Source of the DNA: Antedon mediterranea
Taxonomy: Eukaryota; Animalia; Echinodermata
Assembly: GCF_964355755.1 (NCBI RefSeq)
Contig: NC_092677.1
Span: forward strand, 23,609,175-23,673,174
Length of the DNA: 64,000 nucleotides
Reading direction: 5' to 3'
The notes beneath the pieces are model-generated. The model was given only the letters and a program-made list of their open reading frames with translations. It made no database searches and was not told the DNA's origin. Below are positions 1-12,100 of this stretch, piece by piece (within the stretch, counting starts at the first letter, position 1; each line of letters starts with the position of its first letter). The translations under genes were made by a program, and so were the position numbers.

Positions 1-503
1 TATTAATTAATACAAACGTTGAGAAGCAACTGTCAGTAATAACGTTTATTTATTTGTATATTATATGTTTATAATCTAACAGCAGGGCCTACCCACACTC
101 ACAGTAATAAAGATTATTTGTATATATTTTTATATTACATCTAACAGTACCAACACTCACAGTAAGAAATTTGCGATTCAAATTGCGATCAAAAGTGGTT
201 AATACCTTAACAGTATTGTACAGCATTGCAATACTATTTATGTTTATTCTCCAAGGGGGCCCATAAATCTAAATCTATACCTCTATGGTTAAACCAAATA
301 ATTTGGAATGTTTATTTGTATATTATATGTTTATAATCTAACAGTAGGGCCTACCCACACTCACAGTAATAAAGTTTATTTGTATATATTTTTATATTAC
401 ATCTAACAGTACCAACACTCACAGTAAGAAATTTGCGATTCAAATTGCGATCAAAAGTGGTTAATACCTTAACAGTATTGTACAGCATTGCAATACTATT
501 TAT

Positions 504-615
504 TTTTGTGGATTTTTACTTTTATGTTAAACCAAGACAACGAAAAGGAATAAAATTACCTTCGTGACGTTTCGCCGACAATCTGTCAGCTGCTTCAGAC
601 TAATGCCTGGGTTGG
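504..615 (-). mobile_element. 112 bp insertion with 12 bp TSD carrying a minimal hammerhead-ribozyme-like motif (Penelope-like or retrozyme fragment)
   Basis: AATACTATTTAT flanks the insert at 492-503 and 616-627 and occurs once at the paralogous empty site (230-241). The minus strand reads CTGAAGCA-GCTGACA-GAT-TGTCGGC-GAAA-CGTC. Confidence 0.75.
561..603 (-). ncRNA. Minimal type I hammerhead ribozyme-like motif, possibly degenerate
   Basis: Core CUGAAG(C)A, 7 bp stem II with a 3 nt loop, GAAA-CGUC without a full stem III, and a short stem I (uuagu/acgaa, one mismatch). This is the layout of Penelope-associated minimal hammerheads. One core position deviates from CUGANGA. Confidence 0.6.
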
Positions 616-1143
616 AATACTATTTATGTTTATTCTCCAAGGGGGCCCATAAATCTAAATCTATACCTGTATGGTTAAACCAAATAATTTGGAATGTTCC
701 ATTCATCACAAATCAATACATTTGTAAAAACGTATATTAAATGTATCAAAATAGTATTTTTTTAAAGAAAATCGGCCTGTCTTCAACATTATGATGCTGT
801 ACTCGAACTGTTCAACCGGTTTTCAGCCATTAAAAACAATTATCGTAGGAGGAGATAGGAAAATGCGAAGCCTCCTCGCATTTTTGTGGCGGGTATTTTT
901 CAAGATGGACATCCATTAGACAGTGTATACCACGATCGGAAAACACCCCTATTTGGGGCAAATCGTTGAACCTAAATTCGTCAATAACTAATTATCTAAC
1001 TTATTTTAATTAGTAAACAGGGTTACATCAGGTGGTTAAAATCAGTACCGAAAGTACGAACCAACTTTATATACCATCGAGTAAAAATTCTAGAAGTAAG
1101 GCGCGATTTACCGAATTTTGCCCTTACGTAAATTTATATATAG

Positions 1144-1713
1144 ATTATTATTGGATATATTGGATTATATTGAATATCATAACACTGTTTTCAGTCACCG
1201 TGCTGTTCGTCGTCTCTAGACGTCGCTATGGAGTTTTTCAACAGTATACTTTCCCATGTCACCTGGATGAACTTATAATCGGGCTTTGCCTTGTGTTTTG
1301 GATTTTGCAAGAGATGTACTCAGTTCTCAGTGTGATTGTAGAGCTATGGTGCTCCAATATGCAGTATATAGCATTGGCAGCCAAAGTGGTTATACAAAGC
1401 TTACTAATAATTCAGAGCTTACGATTTAAAGTAACTGTTCCAACTGCCCACTGGTACAAATCCATGTTGCTTTTCCTGTCGATGTCCAACCTAGCCTGGT
1501 GGATCATCACAATGACGGAACTGAAGAACGACCCGGAACACATCTACATACAGGATACAGAAACAGTTTTATGGCAAAAATACGTATGACCTGATTCATG
1601 GTATCACAGGCCCATTCGTTGTGTTCTATTACTACCAATCGAGTGTTTGCTTCTTTGAAATGTGGATGACACATAACCGTCGGATAATTACTGTAAAAGT
1701 ATCAACCGATTAA
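1144..1713 (+). pseudogene. Otopetrin-like proton channel, terminal exon with an apparent frameshift near 1545-1560
   Basis: Hydrophobic ORF with QSLLII and FLSMSNLAWWI. A shifted frame continues RIQKQFYGKNTYDLIHGITGPFVVFYYYQSSVCFFEMW to a stop at 1711-1713, matching the otopetrin C-terminal FYG...P..IFYRFHSSVC..EIW motif. Candidate acceptor TAG at 1141-1143. Confidence 0.7.
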
Positions 1714-2145
1714 AATAATTACTTTGAAACTCATTACACACATTTACACGCGCGGTAGGCTACACAATTCAATACATTAGTCTAGTCAGGATAATAGCAA
1801 ACTTTACCAAAGCTTTTTTTTCGCAAACTCCGAGTTTGAACAAAACAAAAATGTTCTTAAAACTAGTCTCTGTTACTGGGGGTGTTTGCTCACCAGAAAA
1901 ACATTACAAAGACTTTGATATGATTCACAATCTCAAATTGAGAAAATTCATTTTCTTCTAAAAAAATAATAGGGAAGATTGGATTATTATGTTTATTTAC
2001 ATAAAGTTGTTATAGAATTAAAATAATAAGTTTACTTTTAAGTAAAACCTCTTATTTTGAGTGCATTTTGTTTGTAGGCCTATACCATAGGCCAATTAAA
2101 ATTTAAAAAAACTTTAGGCAATGAGAACAATCTGTACTTTATGAA

Positions 2146-2218
2146 ACCCGGTTAGCTCAGTTGGTAGAGCATCAGACTTTTAATCTGAGGGTCAAGGGTT
2201 CAAGTCCCTTATTGGGCG
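2146..2218 (+). tRNA. tRNA-Lys(UUU), dispersed copy with a G1>A mismatch, possibly a pseudogene
   Basis: ACCCGGTTAGCTCAGTTGGTAGAGCATCAGACTTTTAATCTGAGGGTCAAGGGTTCAAGTCCCTTATTGGGCG. Flanks resemble the satellite spacer (ggccaattaaaatttaaaaaa...atgagaacaa). Confidence 0.8.
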
Positions 2219-2767
2219 TAATACATTTTCCATTTTATTATCTTTTTAGTACTTAAAAACAATTGGAATATCTATGCTATTACTGTTATTTTGGGCGTTT
2301 TAGTAACAAATGATTGATAGAAGTTATTGCTGTACAATTTGTATTTGTACACAAATTTGAACAAAAAATGTATTCGGTATAAATGTTTCTTTTCCAAAAT
2401 GCAATTAACTTAACATAATAATTGTTCTAGAAATATTGTAAACTGAACATTTTATTCTAACCCGTGCAGAGAGTATTAAGGAATAAAAATGGTAATTGTA
2501 CTCACATTTAATGGGAGTCAAAGTAATATGCAAAAATACATGACACAATGAATCTACAATTTAAGCTCGAAGTATAATTTATATCTTTAAAACGCAGAGT
2601 AAAAAAGAAACAAAACAAACGAATTATGATAGGTAATAACATAAATTTATTAAATAAAAATCACTGGTTAAAACTATAATTTATATACTATTATTTACAT
2701 GACGTCATTCAGGTCGTACAATGTTTACGTTAGCCTATGAACTATTAAAAACGTTCTCAAAGTTTAA

Positions 2768-3467
2768 TCAGCAAGTTCTATGAGTATGTAAAAATAAGTT
2801 GTTATTATAAGACACGTGATTAGATGCTGGCTGGAGTTTGGTAGTCAGTTGATAGCTGGTGACGACGTCTGTCCAGTAGTCTGGTGAGATGCTTAAGAAG
2901 TTAAAGACCTCACTGCATTCCATTTCTTGATCAATAGCACCTTCTTCGTTTTGTGTGATGGATTCAGATTCTTCTAACATGGCTGTAAAAGATAATCAAA
3001 ATATTTAATTTCAATATATAAAAATGTAACGCGACGTGATAAAAAGATTACATTATAATAATGTTAGTCCTCTATCAATATTCAAACTTTAGAGAATCTT
3101 TTAGTATGATAAACACACAACAGTACTTACAAGGACATCCCATTTGAAGCTCACGTAATAAATCGGCATCACTGTTGTCTCTGGTCTCATAGTCGCTATC
3201 ACTGGTATAGTCGTCATCGCTGACCTCACATTCGTCACATGTCATTAACACATCGGGAGACTCACACACTGACGTTATTGAATCACTTGGTAGATGTGGA
3301 AAGTAGATTCTAAGATCTGAATCCATCTCAGTTTGTAGAAGATCTTCTCTTGACAAATACGGTAGTGGACTTTCATCTTCTTCGATGTCATCTTGGAACG
3401 TTGTAGAATACATTTCATACCACTGGGGTCTTTCATGGCAATGGATTGAAGATTTTCCTGTATTCAT
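2768..3467 (-). CDS. Orphan acidic protein, copy 1 (exons 3467-3131 and 2982-2768, about 183 aa)
   Basis: Donor GTAAGT at 3130 and acceptor TTTTACAG ending at 2983 join the two track ORFs in frame (…MGCP-S-MLEE…). The same structure is found in two paralogues. Confidence 0.75.
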
Positions 3468-3599
3468 TGTACTGTAGTGGTATTTACTGGTTAATCACCC
3501 AATACGTAAAACTTATCGTAATTATGCAGATCGTTGAGATTTTTATGTTATAACAGTTGAAAGTCTAATGAAAAATTGATAAAAACTCCACAGAACACT

Positions 3600-3730
3600 T
3601 GGTTTTATCACGTCTGGGTCCTTTACTCTATTGTTTTATCATAATGTGTTAGCCAATCAAAATGTGTGAAAATGCGCGGTTTCCTAAATCGGTCGCGGCA
3701 TGACGTTTGATGATAACTTTAACAATAGAT
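3600..3730 (-). promoter_or_regulatory. Conserved upstream block of the orphan gene (paralogues at ~16095-16225 and ~19800-19935)
   Basis: Near-identical in all three copies while distal flanks diverge. Contains several TGATAA (GATA-like) sites, CCAAT, TGACGT and AACAATAG (Sox-like) motifs. Confidence 0.45.
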
Positions 3731-4297
3731 ATATAAAACAATAGGCCTAGATATGAACTTGTCGTTATATTGCGTGAAAAACAGATTATGCAATAAAAAT
3801 TAAAACATAATTAGCCTAATTATAAAAAGGTATAGTTAAGTCTATAAAGGGTTTTTTTTAATGGCAAACTGAATACAAAAATACTATTGTTGATAAATAT
3901 AAAGCAATTCTTATTACGTCTACATTGAAATCAGTAAATAATAGTAAGTAATTAAATGAATACCTTTCCTATTACTAAAAACACCTAATATTTGAAATCA
4001 CTATATAGATACTTATGGAGATTTCAATTATAATTTTAGATATAAGTCTAGTTTAAAAAACGTACCGTTATACTGGAAAAATATCATGTATTGTGGTACT
4101 GATCTAATAAAAATGGTTGTATCTCATATCCTTCTTATTAAAATAAATTTTAAAATAAAATATCATCGATCAATTTTTTTTGCACGGATAGTTTATTTTA
4201 TTTGTTGGGATGTCTACATTTATTCTGCGGCATTATGTTTCTATTTCATTTAAATTTAATAATAATTTGAATTCATATCACATATTTTTATTCTAAT

Positions 4298-4414
4298 GAC
4301 CTCCTCTCCTCATATCAGCTCCTTTTTTATATTTTTCTATTGTGTTTATATTTATTTGTTTTGCTTTATATATTGTATTCTCTGAAAAAATAAATAATAA
4401 CAAATAATAATAAT
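4298..4414 (+). mobile_element. Probable 5'-truncated non-LTR retrotransposon 3' tail (CR1/L2-like)
   Basis: Absent from the paralogous position near 16688. T-rich tract followed by AATAAA and a (TAA)n-like tail. Confidence 0.4.
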
Positions 4415-4502
4415 TGTTGAATAAATGTTATTAAGTCATATTTCGTTCATTTAGATATCAAAACATGTTGTTGACAACAACTTCTAAAAATATTCTTTAT
4501 GT

Positions 4503-4565
4503 TAAGTAAAGCTCAGTCGTTAGAGCAGAAGACTTTAATTCTCAGCTTTAAGTCCCATATTCGTT
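4503..4565 (+). pseudogene. Highly decayed tRNA-Lys remnant
   Basis: aagctcagtcgttagagcagaagactttaattctcag...aagtccc, about one monomer length upstream of the 4688 copy. Confidence 0.5.
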
Positions 4566-4687
4566 TTGCATTTAATATGAAGTACATTTTTGTACAATAA
4601 GTAAAATAAAAATTACTTATCTTTAAGCTGTATAAATAAAAATCAAAGCAAAAATAAGGAATTACGAGAATATGGCTTGTAAAAGAA

Positions 4688-4760
4688 GCCCAGTTACCTC
4701 AGTCGGTAGAGTATCAGGCTTTTAATCTGAGGGTCAAGGGTTCAAGTCCATTTTTGGTGT
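4688..4760 (+). pseudogene. tRNA-Lys(UUU) pseudogene
   Basis: GCCCAGTTACCTCAGTCGGTAGAGTATCAGGCTTTTAATCTGAGGGTCAAGGGTTCAAGTCCATTTTTGGTG. D-stem, T-stem and acceptor stem have mismatches. Confidence 0.8.
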
Positions 4761-4947
4761 ATTTGTTTTAAATTCCATTATCTTTAAAGTCATTTTTGAC
4801 AACATGCAATTCCTTTTATAAATATAAGATACAGGTTTTAAAAGTATTAATATTACATAAATAATTCTAAATACAATTGTTATATTAAATAAATACAACG
4901 ATTATATTTAGATTTATTTGTATATTTATTTTAGTAAAATCATATTC

Positions 4948-5234
4948 CACAGTATTGTGTTCACATGGCAATACTTGTATTGTTCTATTATTAATTGGCA
5001 AAACACATGTAATTCAATCGGAAACGCCTTGCTTTTATGAAATATTCAACTGGAATATCTATGATATAATTGTTATGTTGGGCTTAAAATAGTGACGAGA
5101 GTAATAATTGACAATTGTCTGATTGACAAATGTTATTATTGTACCTTATAAATCATGGCCTTAAATTAAGTATGTATTTAATATAAGATAATAATCATAA
5201 CGATTATGTATTACTAAAAAATGCAGCAGCGTAA
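4948..5234. repeat. Conserved non-coding block X of the duplication unit (also ~2265-2350 partial, ~14333-14515, ~17908-18200, ~21813-21990)
   Basis: Shared motif string tgtgttcaca/cg...atcggaaacgccttg...atatctatg...tgattgaca at each site. Confidence 0.8.
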
Positions 5235-5241
5235 CTTAAAC

Positions 5242-5807
5242 CAAAGAACTTATAACAAAAGAATCTCCTGTTCTTCAATTTGCATTCAAAACACAGTATC
5301 GGAAGTACAGGGTTAAAAGGTCAAACTGGGCGACGCCATTTCACAGCATGGAGTAGCGCCCCCTCCAAACTAGGAAGTCAATTACTCTACCCACCTAGAG
5401 TATTAGCAGATCCCCTCTATGATTTTGACTTTCTAATTTGATGCGGGCGCCCTACTCCTCAGTCAATTACTCTACCCACCTAGAGTATTAGCAGATCCCC
5501 TCTATGATTTTGACTTTCTAATTTGATGCGGGCGCCCTACTCCTCAGTCAATTACTCTATCCTCCCTAGAGCATTAGCAGATCCCCTCTATGATTTTGAC
5601 TTTCTAATTTGATGCGGGAGCCCTACTCCTCAGTCAATTACTCTACCCCCTCTAGAGCATTAGCAGATCCCCTCTATGATTTTGACTTTCTAATTTGAAG
5701 CGGGCGCCCTACTCCATGGCTCACAAGCTCTATTCTATCCCACAATGCCTTTCGAAATTGTTACGCGCTTCGGACGAACAGGAGATTCTTGTGTTATAAG
5801 TTCTTTG
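5242..5807. mobile_element. Non-autonomous DNA transposon (P-element-like MITE) with 32 bp TIRs and a 7 bp TSD
   Basis: TIR CAAAGAACTTATAACA(A/C)AAGAATCTCCTGTTC at both ends. CTTAAAC duplicated at 5235-5241 and 5808-5814. Empty paralogous site gtaacttaaactac near 18195. Superfamily inferred from CA...TG termini and TSD length. Confidence 0.85.
5376..5715. repeat. Four-copy 85-86 bp minisatellite inside the MITE
   Basis: agtcaattactctac...cagatcccctctatgattttgactttctaatttga...ccctactcc starts at 5376, 5461, 5546 and 5632. Confidence 0.95.
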
Positions 5808-6191
5808 CTTAAACTACAAAAAAATAGAGAAGATTACACTGACTTTAATGTACAATCCGATTGTGCATTAACTTTATGGTATTGGTAATTTACGTTTAAT
5901 ATGTCGTATGTTTATTTAATTAATATTTATATTGAATTGAAATTAATTAATTTAATTGGAAAAAATGCTTAGGGAAAAAAAGTTATACATATCTATAATG
6001 AATGTCGATAAGTTTCTGAAATTGAATGTCATGAATAGAATGTCTATTATGTTAACTAACTATTCCAAGTGAAGGAGCAGTTTTAATTGGAGATTGGAAG
6101 CTATATATTTATATTTTATAACTTTATTATTTATTCAATAAAACACCCAATATATGTGGCTGAACTATTAATCAATATTGCGGTAAATCAA

Positions 6192-6580
6192 ATCAGTTAT
6201 CAACCGACTACCGAACTCCAGCCAGCATCTAATCACGTGTTTATAAGAACGTATTTTTACATGCTCATAGCATTTCCCCTGTTGTTAAACTTTTTGATCG
6301 TTTTTAATTCTTATTTTTTACATTTGAATGATATGAATGATAATATATAAAGTAATAATAGTATAAGCCTATAAAGTATATATTTGATAACAATTCGTTT
6401 TAAATAAATTTATTTTATGAGCTCTCATTATTCATTCGTTTTGTCTATAATGTATTGCGATTATCCATATGTATTGTGACTATGGTGTATTGAACCATAT
6501 AGATATTATTTATAATTTTATTCAGGTCCTTTTGGAAATTCTTGTCAGGGGTTTCATGTCAGACTTCATTCGCTCAAACG
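6192..6580 (+). pseudogene. Inverted remnant of orphan-gene exon 2 and its 3' flank
   Basis: Translates SYQPTTELQPASNHV (compare SYQLTTKLQPASNHV). Downstream tgagctctcatta and catgtcagactt match the reverse complement of the 3' flanks at ~15030-15180 and ~18730-18880. Confidence 0.8.
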
Positions 6581-8032
6581 AAATTTAAGTAAATATACCA
6601 AAATATAAAATAACAAATATACAGAATAAACCTATAAAATAATTATTATATAATAAATATTGTACAAATACAAACAACTTAACAAACTTATAAACCCTTG
6701 ATCTTATCTTTGCCCTCTGACAAACTATATACCTTTCGCAATAGAAACGCAATTGAAGACGAATTTCCATTTCCAAATGCCCATTTTATTCAGATTTACG
6801 TTATGACTTGTACAGCAATGTTAAAGAGGGAGCTATTTATTTTTATTATTTAAATGACAATGACAAATTCATTTTTCTTACTGGCGGACATGATTTTAAT
6901 ATTATTTTGCCTGTTATAAAAAAAACTCGGCCTTTTTTAGAAGACAAAATTAATTGTTTTTAAAGGTTCTGATGCTGTTTATTTGTAATATATTTTAAAA
7001 CATTCTCAGTACAACAAATATACACCCGAACCCCACCAACCGGCAAGGCAACCCCTCAGTGGCAGTTTTCAAATGTTATAGTTTAAAACATTTCCGGTTT
7101 ATTTAGATACTCCATTACTCCTCTGATATGAACCCGAACATTTCCTGTAATTCAAATATTTTAACCCCCACCCACAGTACACATGAGGTCATTCCCCACT
7201 ACTCCAGCCCCAGCAACCCACACCCCTATCCCCCGCACCATGTGAATTAACAGCACCATGTGAATCTCAAGTTTTCCGACTTTCAATGGAAATGACCATA
7301 GATAAGTTCAAATCGCCAGGGCCCACGTAACTGAGATTGTCGACTTATGACTATATTATGATATGATAATACAGTATTAGTATAGTTGTCGTGTTTCGTA
7401 ATACGTCAGTCAGATGTAAATAAAAATAGAAAATGTAAGTTAAATCCTTTCCATGACAATTCTGTTAATGTCATTACCTCTCCACCCGTCCCCTATCCAC
7501 AGATCTTTAACCCTCCTTGGGACGGTTCAAATGTATTAAATGTATAAAATTCCAATCATTTTGATACACCATTTTAGGCCTACTCTTATCTCAACCCCTT
7601 CCCTCATTATCCAAACGGCAGCATGACTTGTCCTTAATATACGCAATTACCCTCTAACGACCCTAATTTTGCAATAACAACCATTTTTTATAAAACGAAC
7701 AAACGTACAAACTTGCTCTCTTATAATTAATAATATGTATTTTATTCTGTATTTTTAACGTTTAACGACTGAAACTGAAATAATGTAGATAGGCAAACCT
7801 TAAATGACGTCCGCCATTGCCTTTTTGACTATTTTATATTTGACTATTCAGGCATTTTAAAACATTTACTGTTATTGTGTTGCTTCACATCTCATTGGCT
7901 GAAATCGGGTCTAAAGAATCTTGTATTGAGTGTATTCCTTCCGTATAACGGATTTAGAATCATACGATACTGAAAACCGTTGATATCAGACTACAATAAT
8001 TATACTGTGCTTACGCTACGCAATCAGATAAA

Positions 8033-8069
8033 CAGGGAAGAGTGAGGCTCATTTCCTCACTCTTCCCTG
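8033..8069. repeat. Perfect 15 bp hairpin, probably a collapsed MITE; decayed relative at 8618-8644
   Basis: CAGGGAAGAGTGAGG-ctcattt-CCTCACTCTTCCCTG. Confidence 0.6.
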
Positions 8070-8318
8070 ATCATTTATTAGAAAAATATACTTATCTTGA
8101 AGGTTAGTATCCTATAGATTTTACCAAATGGATAATTTTGGAATACTTTTTGTAAATGATTAGTAGTAAGAGCAATAGCTCAGTAAACAAATATGTTTAC
8201 CAGTTTAACGGAAGTATTGCACCAGAATGAAAAACAGAAGTCGTAATAATTGAACGCTTTTCCGTTATTCACTAGGCCAATATCCTTGACGAAATAAGGT
8301 AATGCACGCATAGCTTAA

Positions 8319-8465
8319 AGCCGATTACTAGGCGAATTTGTTCGCGTGAATTGTAAGCGTCAGCTTATACGTATGCGTATTCATGCTTCCATCTTCCTAG
8401 TCCCTCTACGCATGCGTATAAGCTGACGCTTACGATTCGCAAATTCGCCTAGTGAAAAATCGGCC
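8319..8465. mobile_element. Palindromic MITE, PIF/Harbinger-like
   Basis: Long inverted arms (gccgatt..actaggcgaattt / gtaagcgtcagcttatacg..gcgta versus their reverse complements) with TAA on both sides. Confidence 0.7.
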
Positions 8466-9171
8466 TAATATATTTTGCACACGACGAAATATAACCTTGA
8501 AAGAACTAAATAATCCCCATTGTATACCCATGGAGGTAAAAAAATCATGGTATAACTACGTCATTTATTACGTAAGCCACACCCCACTACTACTAAAATG
8601 TTTAATTATTGACACATAGCAGAGAAGATTCACTCTTCCCTGCTCATAGTATACAAAAAGAATAATGCAACGAACACCCTATTATTATAAGTAGGCCTAC
8701 ATTGCATGAGAAATTCGATCTGCATGACTAAGATTATACATTGTTAACAGTTATTGCAGAAGTAAATTATTTTCAATACTATCACTTTATGGCCTTAGTT
8801 TTGTAAAAAAAATATTGTATACAGTATTATATTATTTGATATCTGCTGTGCGTGTAGGGGAACTGCGATCAAAAAGCTACTAAAACCTAGATTCGACTCG
8901 GAATCTTCTGCTTGACATGTAGACATCCTATCATAAAGTTAAAAAACGGTATTAAGCCTAATGGTATGGTTGTTAACAACACCATTGTCGTGAGGTGTAA
9001 CATGAAGTTATCAATTGTACGCACGCGCAACAAAAATCTAATTTATACGCCCTCATCTTCATCGCTTTTCTAGTACAATTGTCATTTTGGAATTGTTTTC
9101 ACATGTCAACTTATAGGTTTAATTAAATCCATTTAAACATATTTTTCATTTTTTCAGACTAATACATAAAG

Positions 9172-12100
9172 ATGTCAGACATTGAAAGTAAATTTCAGGT
9201 GTTGAAATTAGAACTCAGTAAGCATTACGATGGTAAAAACTACAAGTTATTGAAATATTGCTTATTTCATCATTTACCGCTAGCAGACCTTACTGACGGT
9301 AATTTTACAGCACTTCATTTATTTAATAAACTTGATAATAAAGGCGGCACTGGTATTATCACACCTAATGATGTCAAACTTTTGCTCGAGATTTCTACAC
9401 TAACAGGTCCAAAGGATGCTGAACATCTTGTAACTAAATATATACAAGAGAACAACATTAAAAATACAAATGAAAAGACGTTGTCGTCTTATCGAAAACA
9501 ACTGTTTAGTGCTTTAAAAGAAACGGAATCTGATGCATTAGGGAGGGTTAATGCATTTTATCGACTAGAACAATTTGAATATATCAGCCTCTGGGACGCC
9601 GTATTTAAATTGGAGATGGACAAACTTTTACCCGACAAGTTAGAAGAGTTTTCACGTCTTCTCGGAAAACATGCACAGCAAGAACTAGACCTATTAAGTA
9701 AGCCTACAGGTTATATTTTTGCTTGATATGTGTATATGTCTTGAAACACGAATTAATCGTAACAATGAATTCAAATACAGTACAGTATTAATTTGTATGG
9801 TATTAATTTGTAATTACCGTATTTATCCGAGGTGAAGGTAGGGGGTGCTTTAATCAAAATGATGTTCATGGGGCGTTTATTCAAGGGAGGCGTTTATTCG
9901 AATAAATACGGTATGTTTAATTCAGGCAGAAACAGCTCATAGTACATAAAGTATATATTATGTAAAAAATAAACAATACTTATATGTTAAGCTCAGATAT
10001 AATATTTATATTTTATAAAATACTGTAAAACGACCAAACGCAATTACCTTTAACAAGGATGTCCCTTGGCACTCTCTGTTTGATTATAATATTATACAAA
10101 TAATGAATGTTTGAGTGTAATGGTGCAAATAATTGCATGAGGCGCTGTTGTATTTTATGTTCAGAATCACAGTAGGCCTGGTATTAGTAATTGTTTGTTT
10201 TGGTCCGCGAAATGTTTTTCCTTACGTTCAATAGTGCGTACTATTGCACGTCATGTGACCCACAATAGTTCAGTCAAATGAATTTATTTAGGTGTTATAT
10301 AACAATTAATATTTATTAAAATATCAATATTGCTTTATTTTTATTTTTACAGATATTCCAGTTAATCCAACGATACCATATTACAATGAAGGTATGTGTA
10401 CTATGGCGGTACCATAAACCCGCTACTATTAGGAGGCTTACAATACAATAACAATTTATGTATTTCAAAATTATACACCAAGATAATTATAATATGGGAC
10501 TGCAGAAATGATAACAAATCTTAACATAAATATTCTTTCTTTGCATTTAGAAAAGATAGAAAAATACCTTCTTAAAAATCAAAAGGATTTGTGCAGCAAC
10601 GACAGCACATTTACACCAGCAACAATGCGTGCTAGATACAAAGTCGACATTTCAAAGATGTTTACGGATATGGAACTTCTCAAGGAAGCTGAAAACAATA
10701 AAGAAAGCAGTGAACCAACGAATTTAGAAAAAATGGTAGAAGTTATAAAATTCACACCTGGATGTAGAGCTCTTATAGATGGTGAAGGAGGTATTGGTAA
10801 AACTACTATATTAAGGTATTTATCATACAACTGGGCAACTGGCCAATCAATGAAAGTATTTGACAATAAAATTGTATTTTTTTTAAGTTTAAGAGATTTA
10901 AATGAAAATGACGACATATTAGATCTCATTGTAAAGCAATTTGATATGAAATACTTTGGTTTATGCACAGATCTTCCAGAAGATCCAAGGTTGATTGAAC
11001 AATTCATAATAACACATGATGATAAAATTGTTATGTTGTTAGATGGATTAGATGAAGTACGATTTAATAATCAAAGCTTACTTAGTCTTTTCAGAAAAAA
11101 CAAGTTAAAGAAAGGCACCGTGATACTTACATCACGATTAGAAAACATAGATGAATTTATTAAAGCATGTGATGTACATGTAAGAGTTAAAGGATTTAAC
11201 GAAAAAAACATAGGAAAGTATATTGAAAAACACTTTGTGTATTTTGGAAAACCACAATTGGGAAGATCTCTTAGAAATAAATTAAATATTGGCAGATGGT
11301 GGGTTAGGCGACAAAAACATCCTGAAATGTTTTCAATGTGCAAAAATCCTATGTTACTTCTTTCAATTTGTATTTTATGGGAAGAAAATCAATGTTTTCC
11401 TGAAAACAAGGCTGACCTTTTTAAAGAAATATTTCGGAGTATTTTGAATCAGTATAACAAACAAGAAAAATTCAATAAGATTTCTAATTTAGAAGATACT
11501 CCAGTAAAGTTAGTAAATGCTATGATTTTGTTGGGGAAATGTATGTATTATAGATTAAAAGAAAATCAACTATCAATAAACAAAACAAATCTAACTGAAC
11601 ATTCAAACAAGGAAATAGCTGACATGGCCCTAAATATTGGATTTGTTTACGAAGAAACACCAATTTCAAAATCTAACTTTGAAATCATTCTTATGCCTCC
11701 TCACAAGTTGATAGTAGAGTCATTAGTAGGATTTTACTTGTGCAAATTATGTGAAAGTGAAGGTATGGTGAATAAACACACAGAAGATGTCAGGCGATTA
11801 TTGACACCGTTGGATGAAAACGAATGGAAATCAATAAGAAAAAATGAATACTTAATGGTAGCGAGAGAATTTGCCATTGGTTTTCTTGGTGCTAACGCCA
11901 GTGAATTTTTAAAGCATTATATAACAAATGATTTGTCATCATATCGCCAGCTTCCTAGTGAATTAAACTATGCTAAAAAACAACATGAGACTGTAAATGC
12001 ATTAATTGATTACATGAACACCACAGATTTAGAAATAAAAAAACATATAGGAGATATATCTACCTCCATTAGATTGTTTATTCTTCACAATAGTCCGGAG

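Larger units (their letters stand above)
49..696. repeat. Tandem duplication of a 262 bp unit; copy 2 carries a 124 bp insertion including TSD
   Basis: 49-310 (tttatttgtatattatatg...aatttggaatg) recurs nearly identically at 311-696, interrupted at 504-627. Confidence 0.9.

Noticed and set aside
1032-1143. N-terminal part of the 185 aa ORF as real protein
   Set aside because: Non-ATG start, no otopetrin-like character, and it precedes a plausible splice acceptor.
5236-5812. piggyBac/Kolobok assignment from flanking TTAA
   Set aside because: The empty site and TIR symmetry fit a 7 bp CTTAAAC duplication with CA...TG ends better.
6087-6350. 87 aa ORF as an independent gene
   Set aside because: Only about 15 codons match orphan exon 2; the rest is AT-rich noise, so it is annotated as an inverted remnant.
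10508-10550. ATG at 10508 as NLR start
   Set aside because: Lies in an intron-like tract ending TTGCATTTAG; upstream exons splice in frame at 10551.
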